Part shown: positions 13,301 through 29,438 of the stretch, piece by piece
Layout: every line of letters starts with the position of its first letter
Numbering within the stretch: position 1 is the stretch's first letter
NCBI GenBank assembly: GCA_014905635.1
Contig: JABVCE010000028.1
Coordinates: forward strand, 434,001 to 498,000
Source of the DNA: Scenedesmus sp. PABB004
Lineage: Eukaryota
DNA: 64,000 nt
Direction of reading: 5' to 3'
Translations under genes and position numbers: made by a program
Notes under the pieces: model-generated
What the model saw: the letters and a program-made list of their open reading frames with translations, nothing else
What the model was told of the DNA's origin: nothing
Database searches by the model: none

Positions 13301-15560
13301 CGAGTTGGCGTTGGCCTCGTTGAGCACGCCCGGGGGCGTGCAGGGGTAGTGCTGGTTGGCCGCGGAGGCGTTGTACACGCCTGGCCGGGCGCGGCGCGCG
13401 GCGCGCACGTGTGAGCCGCGGCGGTGGCGGCGGCGCGGCGCGCGTGTGCGGCGCGCGTGTGTGGCGCGCGTGTGCGGCGCGCGTGTGCGGCGGCGGCGGC
13501 GGCGCGCGTGTGCGGCGCGCGTGTGCGGCGGCGGCGGCGGCGGCGCGCACCGCAGGTCTGCGTGAACACAAACACGTTGGCGCCGTCGCTGTTGTCGCCG
13601 GGCACGCCGTCGTTGGTCGCGTTGGCGATGGCGATGTTGTTGTAGGTGCCGTCGGACGCGGCCTTGCACGTGATGGTCACTGCGGGGACAGGCGAGCGCG
13701 GCACATGAGCCCGTGCGGCGGGACCCGCCGTGCGCACGCCGCGCGGCCCCTGCCCCTGCCCCGGCCCCGGCGGCGTGCACGCGAGCACGCGCGTGCATGG
13801 CTCACCCGTCTTGCTGGTGTTCTTGGCCATGGTGCCCAGGTTGCAGTTCACCACGCCGGCGGCGAGGGTGCAGTCGGGCGTGGGCGTCACGGCCGAGCAG
13901 GTGAGGCCCGCGGGGATCGTGTCCGTGACCGTCACGCCGGTGGCGTCGACGGTGCCGATCGAGTCGACCTGCGCGCGGCGGCGGGGCGGCGGCGCGCGTG
14001 TCGGCAGTCGCGGCGGCGGCGGCGGCGGCGGCGGCACGTGCGCGCGAAAAGGCGGGCCCGGCGGGCAGGAGGGGGCAGAGAGAGGGGTGCACTGCACTGC
14101 GGCGCACCCTGAGGGTGAAGTCAAAGTTGGTGTCGCGCTTGACCGCGGCGGTGGGAGCGTCCTTGGTCATCATCACGTTGGCGGTGCCGCCCAGCGTCTT
14201 CTGCGGGGGCGCACGGGGCGCGCGGGGCGCGCTCAGCGCGGCGGCGCGGCCGGCGCGGCGGCGGGGCGCGGGCGCGCGCGCGCGGGGGGGGGGGTGGGGG
14301 GTGGGCAGGGGCGGGCGGCGCGGGAGCGTGAGCCAGCAACTCACGCAGCACGTGGTCGAGTCGACCTTGCTGAAGACGTCCTTCTTGGCGGGGTCGTACT
14401 CGGTGCCCTGGGGGCACACAAAGGGCGTGCCGCTCTGTGGCGGTGGCGGGCAGCGGGCAGCGGGCGGCGGCGGCGGCGCGCGTGAGCGCGGAGGGGCGGT
14501 AGCGGCGCGGGCGGCGGCTGGCCAGCGGCGGAGCGGCGGGCCGGCGGGCGGCGGGCGCGCGGGTGGGGGAGATGCTCACCACGTCGGTGGCGCCGCAGGT
14601 CGGCACGTAGACCTGCACGTTGAGCGCGGTCGTGCCGAGCGAGCACTTGGAGGGCGTGCCAGGGCCGTTGGTCTGCCAGTGCGCGGGCGTGGTGGTGGAG
14701 GGCGCGCAGACCACCTCCTTGTCCGACTGACCCCAGGACATCTGCCAGTTCATGTCCTGCCCGCCGCAGGGCTTGGTGGTCGTGTTGAGCGCCGGCATCT
14801 GGCAGTCGACGATGTAGTTGGGCACGACGACGGTCGAGAGGCCGTTGGGCACGTCGCCGCAGCAGTCGCCGTCGCCGCCGCTCGGGCGCGAGTCGGAGGG
14901 GTTGAGCGCAAACTTCTGGCACTTGCCGTTGGGCTGCACCGTGTAGACGCCGATGTCGTAGCGCCCGTCGGACGGGTTGGCCTGGACCTTGAGCGTGAGC
15001 GAGCCGGAGAGCTTCATGCCGGCGTAGCACACCGTGCACGTCGCGCCGGCGGCGGGGTTGCAGCACGGCGCGCTCGGGGGCAGCGTGGTGCCGCCGCTGA
15101 TGAGCGTCGGGTTGCTGATCGTGGCGGCCTGGATCGTGACCTCCTTGGCGGTGCACGAGTTGCCGCCGTCCTGGAAGACGCAGTTGGCGTTCTCGTTGGG
15201 CTCGTAGTTGGCGGCCGAGCACTGCGCCGGCGGCGGCTGCGCGGGCGCAGGGCGGGGGCGGGGCGCGCGGGCGGGGGCGGGGCGGCGGTCGGCGGGCGGC
15301 GGTCGGCGGTCGGCGGTCGGCGGTCAGCGGTCGGCGGGCGGGCCAGGTGCGCGGCGCGCGCCACGGCGCGCGCGCGCGCGCACGTTCTGCGCCAGGCGGC
15401 GCAGGAAGCCGAGGGTGGTCTTGCGCGTGGCGCCCGCGCCAGAGATGTAGGCGGGGGCATCGTCGGGCATGTGGGGGCTCATGAGGTCAACCTCCATTGC
15501 GCTGGCGACGGCCAGCAGCGCGAGGCCGCCGGCCAGCAGCGCGCTCGCGTGGCGGCGCAT
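6594..15560 (-). CDS. Large secreted Cys-rich protein with 9 tandem DUF11-like (Ig-like 'conserved repeat') domains separated by 4-Cys linkers; C-terminal GACC/Cys-rich region
   Basis: Signal peptide MRRHASALLAGGLALLAVASA. Repeats read 'VSxTKxGP..V.VG..F.YTITV.N.G...AT.V.V.D.LPAGL...SVTP..C......V.C.LG.......ITI......GT..N.A...A.ND....N.D'. Linkers read 'PTCGAY...YxCPxG..FN.......CC'. About 20 introns. Confidence 0.85.
10772..10846. repeat. Intronic tandem repeat of ~20-21 bp (GGGTTTTGAGGCGCGGGGCA), about 4 copies
   Basis: Direct reading of the intron inside DUF11 repeat 5. Confidence 0.8.
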
Positions 15561-16882
15561 GGCGGCGCGGCGCGACGGGTGGCGGCGGGGCGTGAAACGG
15601 GCGGGGGGTGGGACCTGCGCGACGGGCGGCGGGCGGCGGGCGGGGGCGGGTGAGCGGGCGCGCCGGCGGCGCCGGCGTAATCGGGGCAGCAGTTGGCCCG
15701 CGGGTGTGGCGGCGCCCGGGCCCGCCCGCGCCCGGAAGAACGCGGCAAGCGGTGAAACCGAGGCAATGCGCCGCACGGCGGTCGCGCGCGGCCCGCGTGC
15801 ACGCCACACACGCGCCCTCGCGTCACCGGGGATCGGGCGCGGGCGCTCCCCGCGCGACGGCGCCCCCGATCCCCGCCGCGCAGGCGCGTCCGGGCCGCTG
15901 CCATCTTGGGGCGCGTCGGGGGCCCACCGTGCGGCCGCGGCGCGGCCGGCGGCGCGCCCGCGACTGCCGCGCCGGCCGGGGCAGCGTGCGGCGGCGGCCC
16001 GCCAGCCCGCCGCGCCGCGACCACGCGGGTGCGCCGTCCAACTGGACCGGTCGTGCGCCCGACGCACGCCCCGGGCGCGCTGCATGCGCCGGTCACCCCC
16101 GCTCCCGGACCGGCCGCCGGCGCACGCCGCCCGGGGGCGCCGCCGCGCGGCCGAGGGCCCTTCTGGCATTCGCAGCGCTTAACGCACCTGCCGCGTGCAG
16201 GCTCCGAGAAGTTTGGTGGGACCGGGATGGGGCGGGCGCTGCGGCGCCTCCTCTGGTCTGTGATTGGGGTGACGCGGCTGACCGAGCCGGGAGTGTCGAG
16301 CCCGAGACCAGCGTCGCGTCATGGGGCACAGCGGGGCCGCGGGGCCGGGAGCGAGGCAGCGGAGTCAACTGCCTCCCCGAATTCCGCTCAATGCGCGCGA
16401 CGCGGGGTCGCCGCGGGCCTTCGTGGCGCCGAGGATGTGTTTAGGCAGGCGTGAGCGCCAATGGCCCCGCTCGGTGGGCGCGGGGAGGGGTGTGGAGCCT
16501 GCCTCAGCCACCCCCGTTGATGACGCGGGGTGACCCTCGGCTCCAGCGCACGCCCTGGGCCCCCTCGCGGCGCGCCGCGCCGCCCAGAGGTCCAGAGGCG
16601 GCGAGTTGCGCAGCTATGGTGGGGTCTAGTTGCCCAGCGGGCTGGGTGCGCGCCGGACGATGCGACGCGATCGCGCGACGGCTGCCCCGCGCGCTGCGCT
16701 GCCACGCCGCCCGCCCGCACGCGGCGCGCCCACACCGCTCACGCATTGCGCGTGATCCGATGAGGGTCGCCGGGACGGCTGGCAGGAGGCTCGCGCGGTC
16801 CCGGCGGCCCCGGCGGCGGCGCGCAGCACGTTCACAGCACGCCGCGCTCGCTCGCGCCGCGCGCGCCGCGCGCCGGCGCGCG

Positions 16883-19800
16883 TCACCAGTCGGCGAAGCG
16901 CGCGAGCGTTGCGTGCGCCTCGTCGAGCTCCTTGGCCACGCGCTTGCGGCGGTAGAAGATGGGGCAGTCGCGGCTCGTGCACAGCACGTCCTGGTGCAGG
17001 CTGCCCTGGCAGCGCTGGCACTGCGACCACAGCTGGCCTGCGGGCACGCGCGCGTGCGCGGCGTGGGCGCCGGGGCCCGCGCGCGCGGCGGCGGCGGCGG
17101 CGGCGCAGCGCAGCGCAGCGCAGCGCAGCGCAGCGCAGCGCAGCGCGGCGGGGGGCGGCGGCGGCGGCGCGCACCAAACTGCTGCTCCAGGCTGTTGACC
17201 GCGGCGAGGCTGCGCGCGTAGATCTCCCCCTCCCTGCTGGCGCAGTGGCTGCACAGGCTGCTGCTGCCGCTGCCGTCGCCCGCCGCCTCGGCCGGCGTGA
17301 GCGTCGCCCTGCGCGCCGGGAGGGGTGAGGGGGGGGGGGGTGCGGCGGCGCGTGAGGGCCCCGGGGTGCATCAGCGACGGCAGCCGGCGCCCGGCCCGGC
17401 CCGGCCGCCCACGAGAGCCCGAGCCCCCTGCGCCAGCGGCGCCGCCTGCCGGCCGGCCGCGCGGCCGCGCCGCGGCCGGGCTGCAGGCCGCGCGGGCCTG
17501 CGGGCCGCGCCCAGGGCCAAGCCCGGGCCAAGCCCTGTGCCCCCGGCGCACCTGCAGGCGAGGCAGGTGGGCTTGACCTTGGCGAAGCGCATGATGCCCC
17601 CGCCGCGGTCGAGGGCGTCGCGACGGATATGCTGCGCGTGTGCGCGCCTGCGCGGCGCGGCGCGGCGTCGTGTCGTGTCGCGGCGTCACGCCCCGCCCCT
17701 GCCCCTCCTCCCGCGCCAGGCGCGCGCGCTCCCGAGAGCGCGCGTGCACACGCGCAACGCGCAGCGCACCGCTGAGCAGCTCTGCCTTGACGTCCTTGCA
17801 GACCGGCTCAAAGATGCGCATGAGCGGCTGCGCGAGCTGGTGGTCCAGGTAGTGCTGCGGCGCGCCCCGCGGCGGCGGCGGCCGCGGAAAGTGAGCGAGC
17901 GAGGCTCAGCGCGGCAGGTGGTGCGGCTCGGGCGCGGCGCCGCGCGGTCCGCGGCGCGGCGCGTCAGCGCGCTGCGGCCCAGTGCCCCGCCGCCCGGGCC
18001 CCTGAACCTAAGCCCTAAACCCTGCGCCCCACCTGCACGTCGATGGGCAGGTTGTGCTCGAGGGCGTAGATCGGGTCCTCCGCCTTCTCGTACGCCTTGG
18101 CGCCTGGGAGGGGGGGGGGGGTGAAGCGGGGTGTAGCGGGGCGGGGTTTGGGGTTTGGGGTTGGGCAGCGCGGCGCGGGGCGCGGTGTGAGAAGGGGCGC
18201 GGGGCGGCGGCGGAGGGGCGGCGCGGCGCACGCGCGCGGGCGGGCGGCGAGCCGCCCCCGCCGCCGCCTCCGGCGCCGCCCCTGCCGCCCTCCCGCTGCT
18301 GGCGTGAGCCAGCCCCACCACCCCGCGGGGCCGCACCCTTGGCGGCCTTGACGATGACGTAGGGCACGCGGTCCCCGATCGCGGGCGCGGTCGCGGGGTC
18401 GCGGCGGCGCATCTTCTCCGCCAGCTCCACGTGCGCGCTCTTGACCTTGTAGTCCTCAGCCTCCTGCGCCAGCGCCTGCGTGTGCGTGCGTGCGTGGCGG
18501 CGCGGCGGCGGGAGCGTGGGAGCAGGGGGCGGGTGTGTGAGTGCGTGCGTGGCGGCGCGGGCGGGAGCGTGGGAGCGGGAGCGAGGCGCAGCGCCGTGGC
18601 TGCGAGCGAGAGGCAGGCCCAGCCAACCACGCGCCCGCCCCCACCCTTCAACCCTGCGCCCCGCCCCTCCTAAACCCTGCGCCCATCCGCCCACACGCAC
18701 AACCCCCCACCCACCTTTGTGACCACGAGCAGGCTCATGTCAATGCGGTTCATAAGCAGGTCTGCGATGACGCCCTTCACGTACGCGATCGCGCCCGCCT
18801 CGTCGCGGTGGATGAGGATCTTGTCCAGCGCCGTCGCGACCATCGTGCGCACGAGCTCGCAGTTGTCGCGCCGCACCGTCTCGATGCCCTGCGGTTCGTG
18901 CGGGGGCGGGTGGGTCAGTGTGGGTGCGTGTGTGGGGTGGGTGGGTGGGCGTGCGTGCATGCGTGCGTGCGTGCGTGCCGCGCCCCCCCTGCCACCCGTG
19001 ACCCGCCTGCCTGCGCCCGCGCTGCCCCCCCCCCCCCCCCTGGCTCCGCGCCTTGCTGTCCATCTTGTCCCACTTGTCCGGCCGGCTCCACAGCAGGCCG
19101 GCGTAGCGCTTCTTGTTCATGAGGAGGTAGGGAAAGTAGACCTGTGGGTTTAGGGGCAAGGGTTAGGGGTGAAGGGGTTGAGGGGTTTAGGGGTGTAGGG
19201 GTTGTAGGGGTGTAGGGGGGAGTCGGGCGGGCGGGGTGAGAGAGGAAGCCGAGCGGGCGGGCGGGGCGAAAGGGCAAGTGGGGCAGCGGGGAGGGGGCGG
19301 CGAGAGGGGGGGGGGGGGGGGGCGAGAGGGGGGGGGGCGGCGCGGGCGGAGAGGCGCGGCGGCGGCGGCGGCGGCGGCGGGAGCTTTGGTGCGCGCCTTT
19401 TCGAACTCGAGCTTGACGGGCGGCGGGAACTTGGTGCTGATGAGCGCCGCCGCCTTCTGCCCGAGCGCCATCGCCTCCGCGACGTCAGGCGTCTGCGGCG
19501 CGGCGCGCGGCGCGCGCGTCAGAGGGAGGCGCGGCGGCGCGCGCGCGGCGCCCGGTCAACGCCCCGGCCAGTCAACGCCGCCGGTCGGTCAACGCCCGGT
19601 CAACGCCCGTCGCGGACCTTGAAGTTGACCATGACGCTGTCGGTGTCGCCGTAGATGACCTCGCAGTCGGCCTTGAAGCCCTTGGCGACGCAAAACTCGG
19701 CCTGGCGCGGCGCGCAATGCGGGGCGTCGGCGGGTGTGTGCGTGTGTGCGTGGCGCAGCGCGGCGGGCGGCGAGGGCAGCGCCGAGACGGCCGCGCGCGG

Positions 19801-22800
19801 CGCGGGCCAGGCAGCGGCGCCGGCGCGCCCGCGCGCCCAGGGCTCAGCCCGAGCCCTCAACCCTGAACCCCAAACCCCAAACCCTCCTCACGCCCCACCT
19901 GCACCCAGGTGCGCGTCGCCTCGATCATCTGCCGCCCGTACGCGGTGACGGTGCTGCTGATGGCCAGGCAGGGCATCTTGCCGACGGTCGCGCCTGGCGC
20001 GCGGCGCGCGCGGCACGCGCGGGCGGGCGGGCGGCGCGCGGCGTGGGCGGGCGCGGGCCTCCGCGCGCCCGGCGCAGGCCCGCCCCAGCTTTCCCTTCCC
20101 CCTCAGACCCCGCGCCGCCCCTGCGGCTGCCGCCGCCGGCCCCGCGTGCTGCCGCCGCCGCGCCGCACCCGTGAAGCCGTAGACGGAGTTGGCCGAGACC
20201 TTGAGCGCCAGCTGGCGCCCGTCCAGCACCGCGCGCCGGAAGGGGTCGCTCTCCTTCTTGAGGTCGGCCTTGGCCCTGCGGAGCAGCACGCCGCGGCGCG
20301 CGGCACACGGCGCGGCGCGGCGGGGCAGGGCGAGCGGCGGGGTTGGCGGGGGCAGGGCGCGCGCGCCGCCGCGCTCTGGGCCGTCGGCCGGCGCTCCGCC
20401 CCCCCCCCCCCCCCCACGCCGTCACGCGCCCACATTCCCCCGCCGCCGTCGCGCCCCCGGCAGCGCGGCGCGGCGCACCGCTTGCGCGCCGCGAGCAGCT
20501 CCTCCAGGATCTCCGGCAGCACGCCGCGGCTGACGGCCGCCGTGACAAACGCGTCGCCGCTCGGCGAGCGGCTCACGGCCTCGGGCGGCAGCGCCGCCGC
20601 GCCGCCGGCGCCGCCGGGCGGGAGCAGCGTGGTGTAGCAGAGGTTGTGGGCCATCATGATTGATGGGTACAGGCTCGCAAAGTCGAGCGTCGCGACGGGC
20701 TGCTTGTAAAACCCTGCGGCGCGGGGTTTATAGGGTGTGTTCAGGGTTTTAGGGTTTGAGGTTTTAGGGTTAAGGGCGGGCGAGGGGCGCGCGGGCGGAC
20801 GAGCACGGGCGGGCGCGGGCGCACGCAGGTCACGCCGCGCCGCACGCAGCGCCCGTCACGCGCGCTGACCCCCCCCCCCCCCCCCCCCGGCCCGCGCACC
20901 GATCTTGGGCTCGAGCACGGTCGCGCCCTCGTACGCGACGCCGTCGCCGGCGCCCGCGCCGCCGCTCTTTATGAAGGGGCAGATGAACCCCCGCTGCGCG
21001 GCCTTGCGCAGGAGCTGGCTGAACACCTTGATCGACTGGCCCCTGGCGGGCAGCGGGCGGGCGGGTGGGTGGGTGGGTGAGCGGGGCGGCGGGGCGGCGG
21101 GGTGATGGCGGGGTGATGAGACGGCGGCCGGGGAGCGCAGGCGCGAAGGGCGCAGACGACGCGGCGCGGCGTGTGCCGACTGCCCCCCAAGACACCCACA
21201 CCCACACACACAGCCACACACACACACAAGCGCGCTCTCACTTGGTGAGCAGGTAGCTCGGCGGCACGCCGGTCACGCGCGCCATCTCGATGTGGTTGTA
21301 CATGTACATAAGCTTGTCCAGCAGGCGCTGCGGCAGGTACGCGTCCTGCGGTGCGGGGCGTGGACGCGTGCGTGCGCGGGCGTGTGGGCGTGTGGGCGGG
21401 TGGGTGGGCGGGCGTGTGGGCGTGTGGGCGCGTGTGGGAGTGGCTCGGTGGGAGTGACAGCACACCGGCGTGCACAGACACACACACACGCACACACTCA
21501 CAAGCCAACAACACACAGGGTTCACACAAACCTTGAGGCAGTAGACCGCGAGGCGGCGCCGCGTCTCGGCGTTGCCGTTCTGCAGGTCGCTGATCGCGCT
21601 GTGGTGCACGTCCTCCTTCTGCTCGCCCAGGAAGTGCGCGGACACCTGGGCAGGGGCGCGGGGCGGCGCGGGGCGGGGCGGAGCCAAGCGGGGCGGCCGT
21701 GATGAGGTGCGCTGCGGGGTGCGCTCGCGCCGCCCCTGCCCCCACCACCGCAGGCCCCCGCAGGCCCCCGCCGCCGCAGGCGCCCGCAAGCCATGCAGCC
21801 GCCGCTGCGCATGCGCACCGCGTTGAGTGTGTAGCTGGAGAGCTTGTGGTCGCGCTGGAGGGCCATGTAGACATCAAACTGCACGCGGCCCTCGATCGTC
21901 AGCTCCTTGTACTCGTGCGTGCCGTAGGCCTTGCTCGAAAACGTGGTGTCGCGCATGCGCACGCGGCTGCGTGCGTATGCGTGTGTGCGTGCGTGTGCGC
22001 GGGTGCGGGTGCGGGCGGTGTGGGTGGACGCGCCGAGCGCGGCGGCGGCAGGCCAGCGGCGGCGGAAGGCCCGCGGCGGCGGCAGAGCCCGCGGCGGTGG
22101 CACCAGGCGAGCGCGCGCGCCTGTGGCGGATGCGGCCCCACTGGTGTGCCTCCCCGTCGACGCGCAGCGTGCGCGCGCGCTCAAAGAGGTAGGGCAGGTC
22201 AAAGTTGTTGATGTTATAGCCCGTTATGACGTCCGGGTCGGTCTCCAGCAGCAGCGCGGTCCAGCGCTTGAGCAGCTCCGCCTCGCTGTCAAACGACATC
22301 ACCTGCGCGGCATTGCCGCGCCGCACGGCGCAGCAAGGGCCTGTGAGCCCCTGCGCCCCCTTGCACGCCGCGCGCCGCGCCGCGCCGCGCCGCGCCGCCG
22401 GCAACGCAGGCGCGGTCACCTCGGCGCCCACGATCGCGGCGCAGCTGCCGAGCGTGAGAATGTTCTTCACGCGCGGCTTGGCCTCGCCGAGCACGGTGAC
22501 CATGCTGGCAATCTGGATGACCGGGTCGGTCTGGGGCTCGGGGAAGTGGCCCTTGCGCCCCGCGCACTCGATGTCAAACGACAGCACGCGCAGCGGCGCG
22601 ATGCGCGACCACTCGCCTGCGGGCCCGCGGCGGACGTGCACGCAGCGGCGAGCGCGGCGGGCGCGGCGGGCGCAGCGGCGGGCGCGGCGGCGTCGGCGCG
22701 GGCGCGGGGACGGCGGCGGCGGCGCGGCGCTGCCCAGGCGTGGCCTGCCGCGCCCCGGCCGGCGCGGGCCGCACCCTCCGCGGGGTGGCTGATGATCTTG

Positions 22801-24480
22801 TCCCACACGCAGTGCGCCTCGACCTGGCACCAGCTCGCGCGCCCCGCGCCGCCCTCGGGCCCGCGGCCGGCGTCCAGTGCCCTGCGCGCGTGGCCGCCGC
22901 GGCCGCGGCGGCGGCGGCGGCGCCAGCGTGGCGCGGCCGCGGCGCGCGCGCGCGCCCCGTGCGACGCCTAAACCTTTAACCCTGAACCCTAAACCCGCAC
23001 CCGCTGGGATCTCGAGCCACTGCCCGCCGCCCATGTGCGTGTCGACCATGAAGCGCAGCGCGTACAGCACGTTGCTCTCGTAGCTAGACAGCCCAGGCAG
23101 CACCCGGCCGTCGGGCGTGCGCAGCCCGTCCTCGAGCGCGCCTGCGCGCGGCGGACGCGGCGGGCGCGGCGGTCGCGGCGGCGGCGCGGCGGCGGTGGGC
23201 CAGGGCCAAGGCAAGGGCAGCGAGCAGGCGCGGGCCTGGCGCGCGCGGCGGCGGCGCGGCGGGCGCGGCGGGCGCAGCGTGCGCAGCGCGGCGGCGGCGG
23301 CGCACCGCGCGCGGGCGCGACCATGTTGGGCAGCGCGCAGACAACCTTGAGGTAGGGCTTGGGCCCGCCCGGCTGGTAGCCCCTGCGGCGGCGGCGGCGG
23401 GCGCGGCAACACGTCGGCTGCAGCGGCGCGTGCGGTGGGCTGGCCGCTGACCGGCCGGCCGGCCGGCGCGCAGGGCCGCTGTGCGTGCGCCACACCAGAG
23501 GTTGGTGCGCTGCACCATCTCCACGCGCGCGATGCCCGGCACGCCGAGGCTCGCCGCGCTGCTCTTGATGCGCGGGTGCTCCTGCGAGGGCGGCGCACGT
23601 GATATGGCGGCGCGTGGGCGCGCCGCGGCCGCGTCGGCGCGTCGTGGGCGCAGCAGTGCCGCGCGTCGCTGCGCCGCACCCGCAGCGCGGCCGCGAGCTC
23701 GCCGCAGTCCTCGGGGCTGAACCCGGGTGGGCAGTCGCAGTAGAAGTAGGGCTCAAAGCCGTGCACAAACACGCACACGCTGTTGCCTGCGCCGCAGGCG
23801 GCCGCGGGCGGGCAGGCGGGCGGGCGGGCGGGCGGCGGCGGCGGGGCCGTCGGCCGGCGGCAGCCGGCGCTGCTGCTGCTGGCGCTGCCGACTGCTGGTG
23901 CTGCTGCTGGCGTTGCTGCTGGAACTGCAGCGGCTGGCGCTGCTGCAAACTGCTGCTGGCACCGGCGCTGCTGCTGGCGCGGCGCGTGCGGGGCGCGCTC
24001 ACCCGCGTCGTTGACGCCGTAGAGCCGCACCACCGGCACCTGCTGCGCGCGCGTGGGCCACACGTCCTGCCGCGGCCGCTGCAGGCAGTAGTCCACCTCC
24101 AGCTGCTGGAACACTGCGGCGGCGCGCGCGCGCGGCGGCGGGGCGCGGGTGAGCCCGCGGTGTGGCGGCGCGCAACCGCCGCAACCGCCGGCCGCGCGGC
24201 CGCCGCCGCGCCGCCAGCGGCGCCCCTCCTCCGCCGCCGCGGCGGCGCGCGCACCCAGGCTCTGGCTGCCCGGGTCGAGCGGCGCGACGGGCGGGCGCAG
24301 CCAGTTGCGCCCCGCCTCGCAGAGGTCCGGGTCGGCCTCGTCGAGGTCGTCGGGCAGGTACGCCGGCGCGGCGTCGTCGGCGGCGTCCTCGATCATGTCA
24401 TCAAACTCGCTCGCCGGGCCGCGCTTGGGGCTGGGCCCCGTCTGCGCCGCCGGCGCGCGCTTGGCGCCCTGCTGCTGCAT
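16883..24480 (-). CDS. POLD1: DNA polymerase delta catalytic subunit (family B), multi-exon; apparent 1-nt deletion at 17597-17601
   Basis: Exo I SFDIEC, Exo [11 protein letters not shown], Exo III YCLKDAYLP. Polymerase motifs [59 protein letters not shown]-terminal Cys[24 protein letters not shown]. Confidence 0.97.
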
Positions 24481-25100
24481 GGCGCCGCCGCCGCTGCTGC
24501 CGCCGCCGCGGCGCGCGGGCCGGCCCGCGGGCGCGCCGAGGGCAGGCTAAAGGTCCGCTCAGCTGACAGCTCCGCTCCCAGGCGCCCCGGGCGACGAGCT
24601 GGGCCAGGAGGCGCGCGAGATGGCAGGCCGCGCCCCTCGCCGGCCTCGCCGGAGGCGATCGCGGCGCGTGGCCGTGCGCGGCCTGATCACCGAGCTTGCT
24701 GCTTGTGCAGGGCAGTGTTGCCGCGGCGCTCCGGCGCCCGGGCTGCGCTCTGGCGGGGGTGCGTGGCGCGTTCGTGCGCCTGGTGGGCGCAGCGGGGCCT
24801 GCGACGCGGCTCTGATCACGCGGGCGCAGTGCGAGTGCGAGACGCAGTGCGGCGGGCGCGTGCGGGCGCGGCCGGGGAACTGAGCCCTGAGTTTGAACGA
24901 CAACGCGCCGCCGCACGCGCGCCGCCGCACGCGCCGCCGCACCAGCCCACCGAGTCCCAGGCAGCTCACACAACCGTTTATTCGCCCTGAGCGCCCAGCC
25001 TGGTCACGCCGCACTCACGCCCAGCCTCCCGCCCAGCCGCGCGGCCGCCGCACTCCCGCCTGCCGCCGCAGCGGCTGCGACGGCGCGCGCGCGTGCCGCA

Positions 25101-28594
<3,494 letters not shown>

Positions 28595-28850
28595 CGGAAG
28601 TGGCGGCGGCGGCAGCGCGGCAGCGGCGGCGCGCGCGGGCGGTCCGTTGCCCGGGTGGGCGCGGGAGAGAGCGGGGGGTGGCGCGCTGGTGGAGTTTGTG
28701 GCGCGCTGCGGCGGCGTGTGAGCGAGCGCGGAGCTGGGCACGGCCCCTGCACCGCCGCTGCCTCGTGACGACGACCAACCGCGCGGCTGCCGCGCGGCGC
28801 GCCACAGTCCGCGCCGGCGCCACGCCCACGGCCGTCCAGCCGCAGCCACG

Positions 28851-29241
28851 ATGCGGGCGATCGCGCAGCGCGCCTGGCGGGCGGCGCGCCTGGCGGGCGG
28901 CGCCGCGCCGGCCCGTCTCCCGCGCTCCAGCGCCGCGCGGCTCAGCGCGCAGCCGGGCGACGGGCTGGGAGCTGAGAAGGGGAGCGCCCGGCGAGCGCGG
29001 CGGCGAGAGCGGCGAGCGCGGGAACGAGAGGGGTGAGGGCGGCGAGCGCGGCGGGAGCGAGCAGCGCAGCGGTGGCGGCAGCGGTGGCGCGGAGCCTGGC
29101 GGCGCCGACGGCGGCGAGCTGTGCCACCCCGCCGACCCCTACTGCAGCGCGGGCGAGGCGGCCCCGCGGCCCGACGACTACACTGAGCCCGGCGACGAGG
29201 TGCGAGGCGGGGTCCCGCCCTCCTCTAACTTTCCCGCTTAA
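28851..29241 (+). CDS. Putative small organelle-targeted protein; needs one frameshift near 28985
   Basis: Arg/Ala-rich presequence-like start MRAIAQRAWRAARL continues in a second frame into GERGGES...ELCHPADPYCSAGE...DDYTEP...SSNFPA*. Both segments look coding. Confidence 0.35.
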
Positions 29242-29438
29242 GGGTTCCCCGGTTGAGGTGCGGCGCTGGAACGCGCTACGTTGAGCTTGCAACGGCAACG
29301 GTTGCCAGCAGCGCGCCCGCCCGCCGACGCCCGCGCGGTGCGCAGCACGCAGCACGCAACGCGCAGCGCGCGGAACGCCGCGCGCAGCGCGCGCACCGCG
29401 CCCTGCCGAGCTCGCGCGCCGCGCTCGCTGGTCAGCGC

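Noticed and set aside
6594..15560. Bacterial contaminant contig, suggested by the DUF11 repeats
   Set aside because: The gene is interrupted by many host-type introns and flanked by eukaryotic genes.
16883..24480. Family B polymerase as a viral, Polinton or giant-virus insertion
   Set aside because: It has POLD1-specific motifs, C-terminal Cys clusters and many spliceosomal introns, and no neighbouring viral genes.
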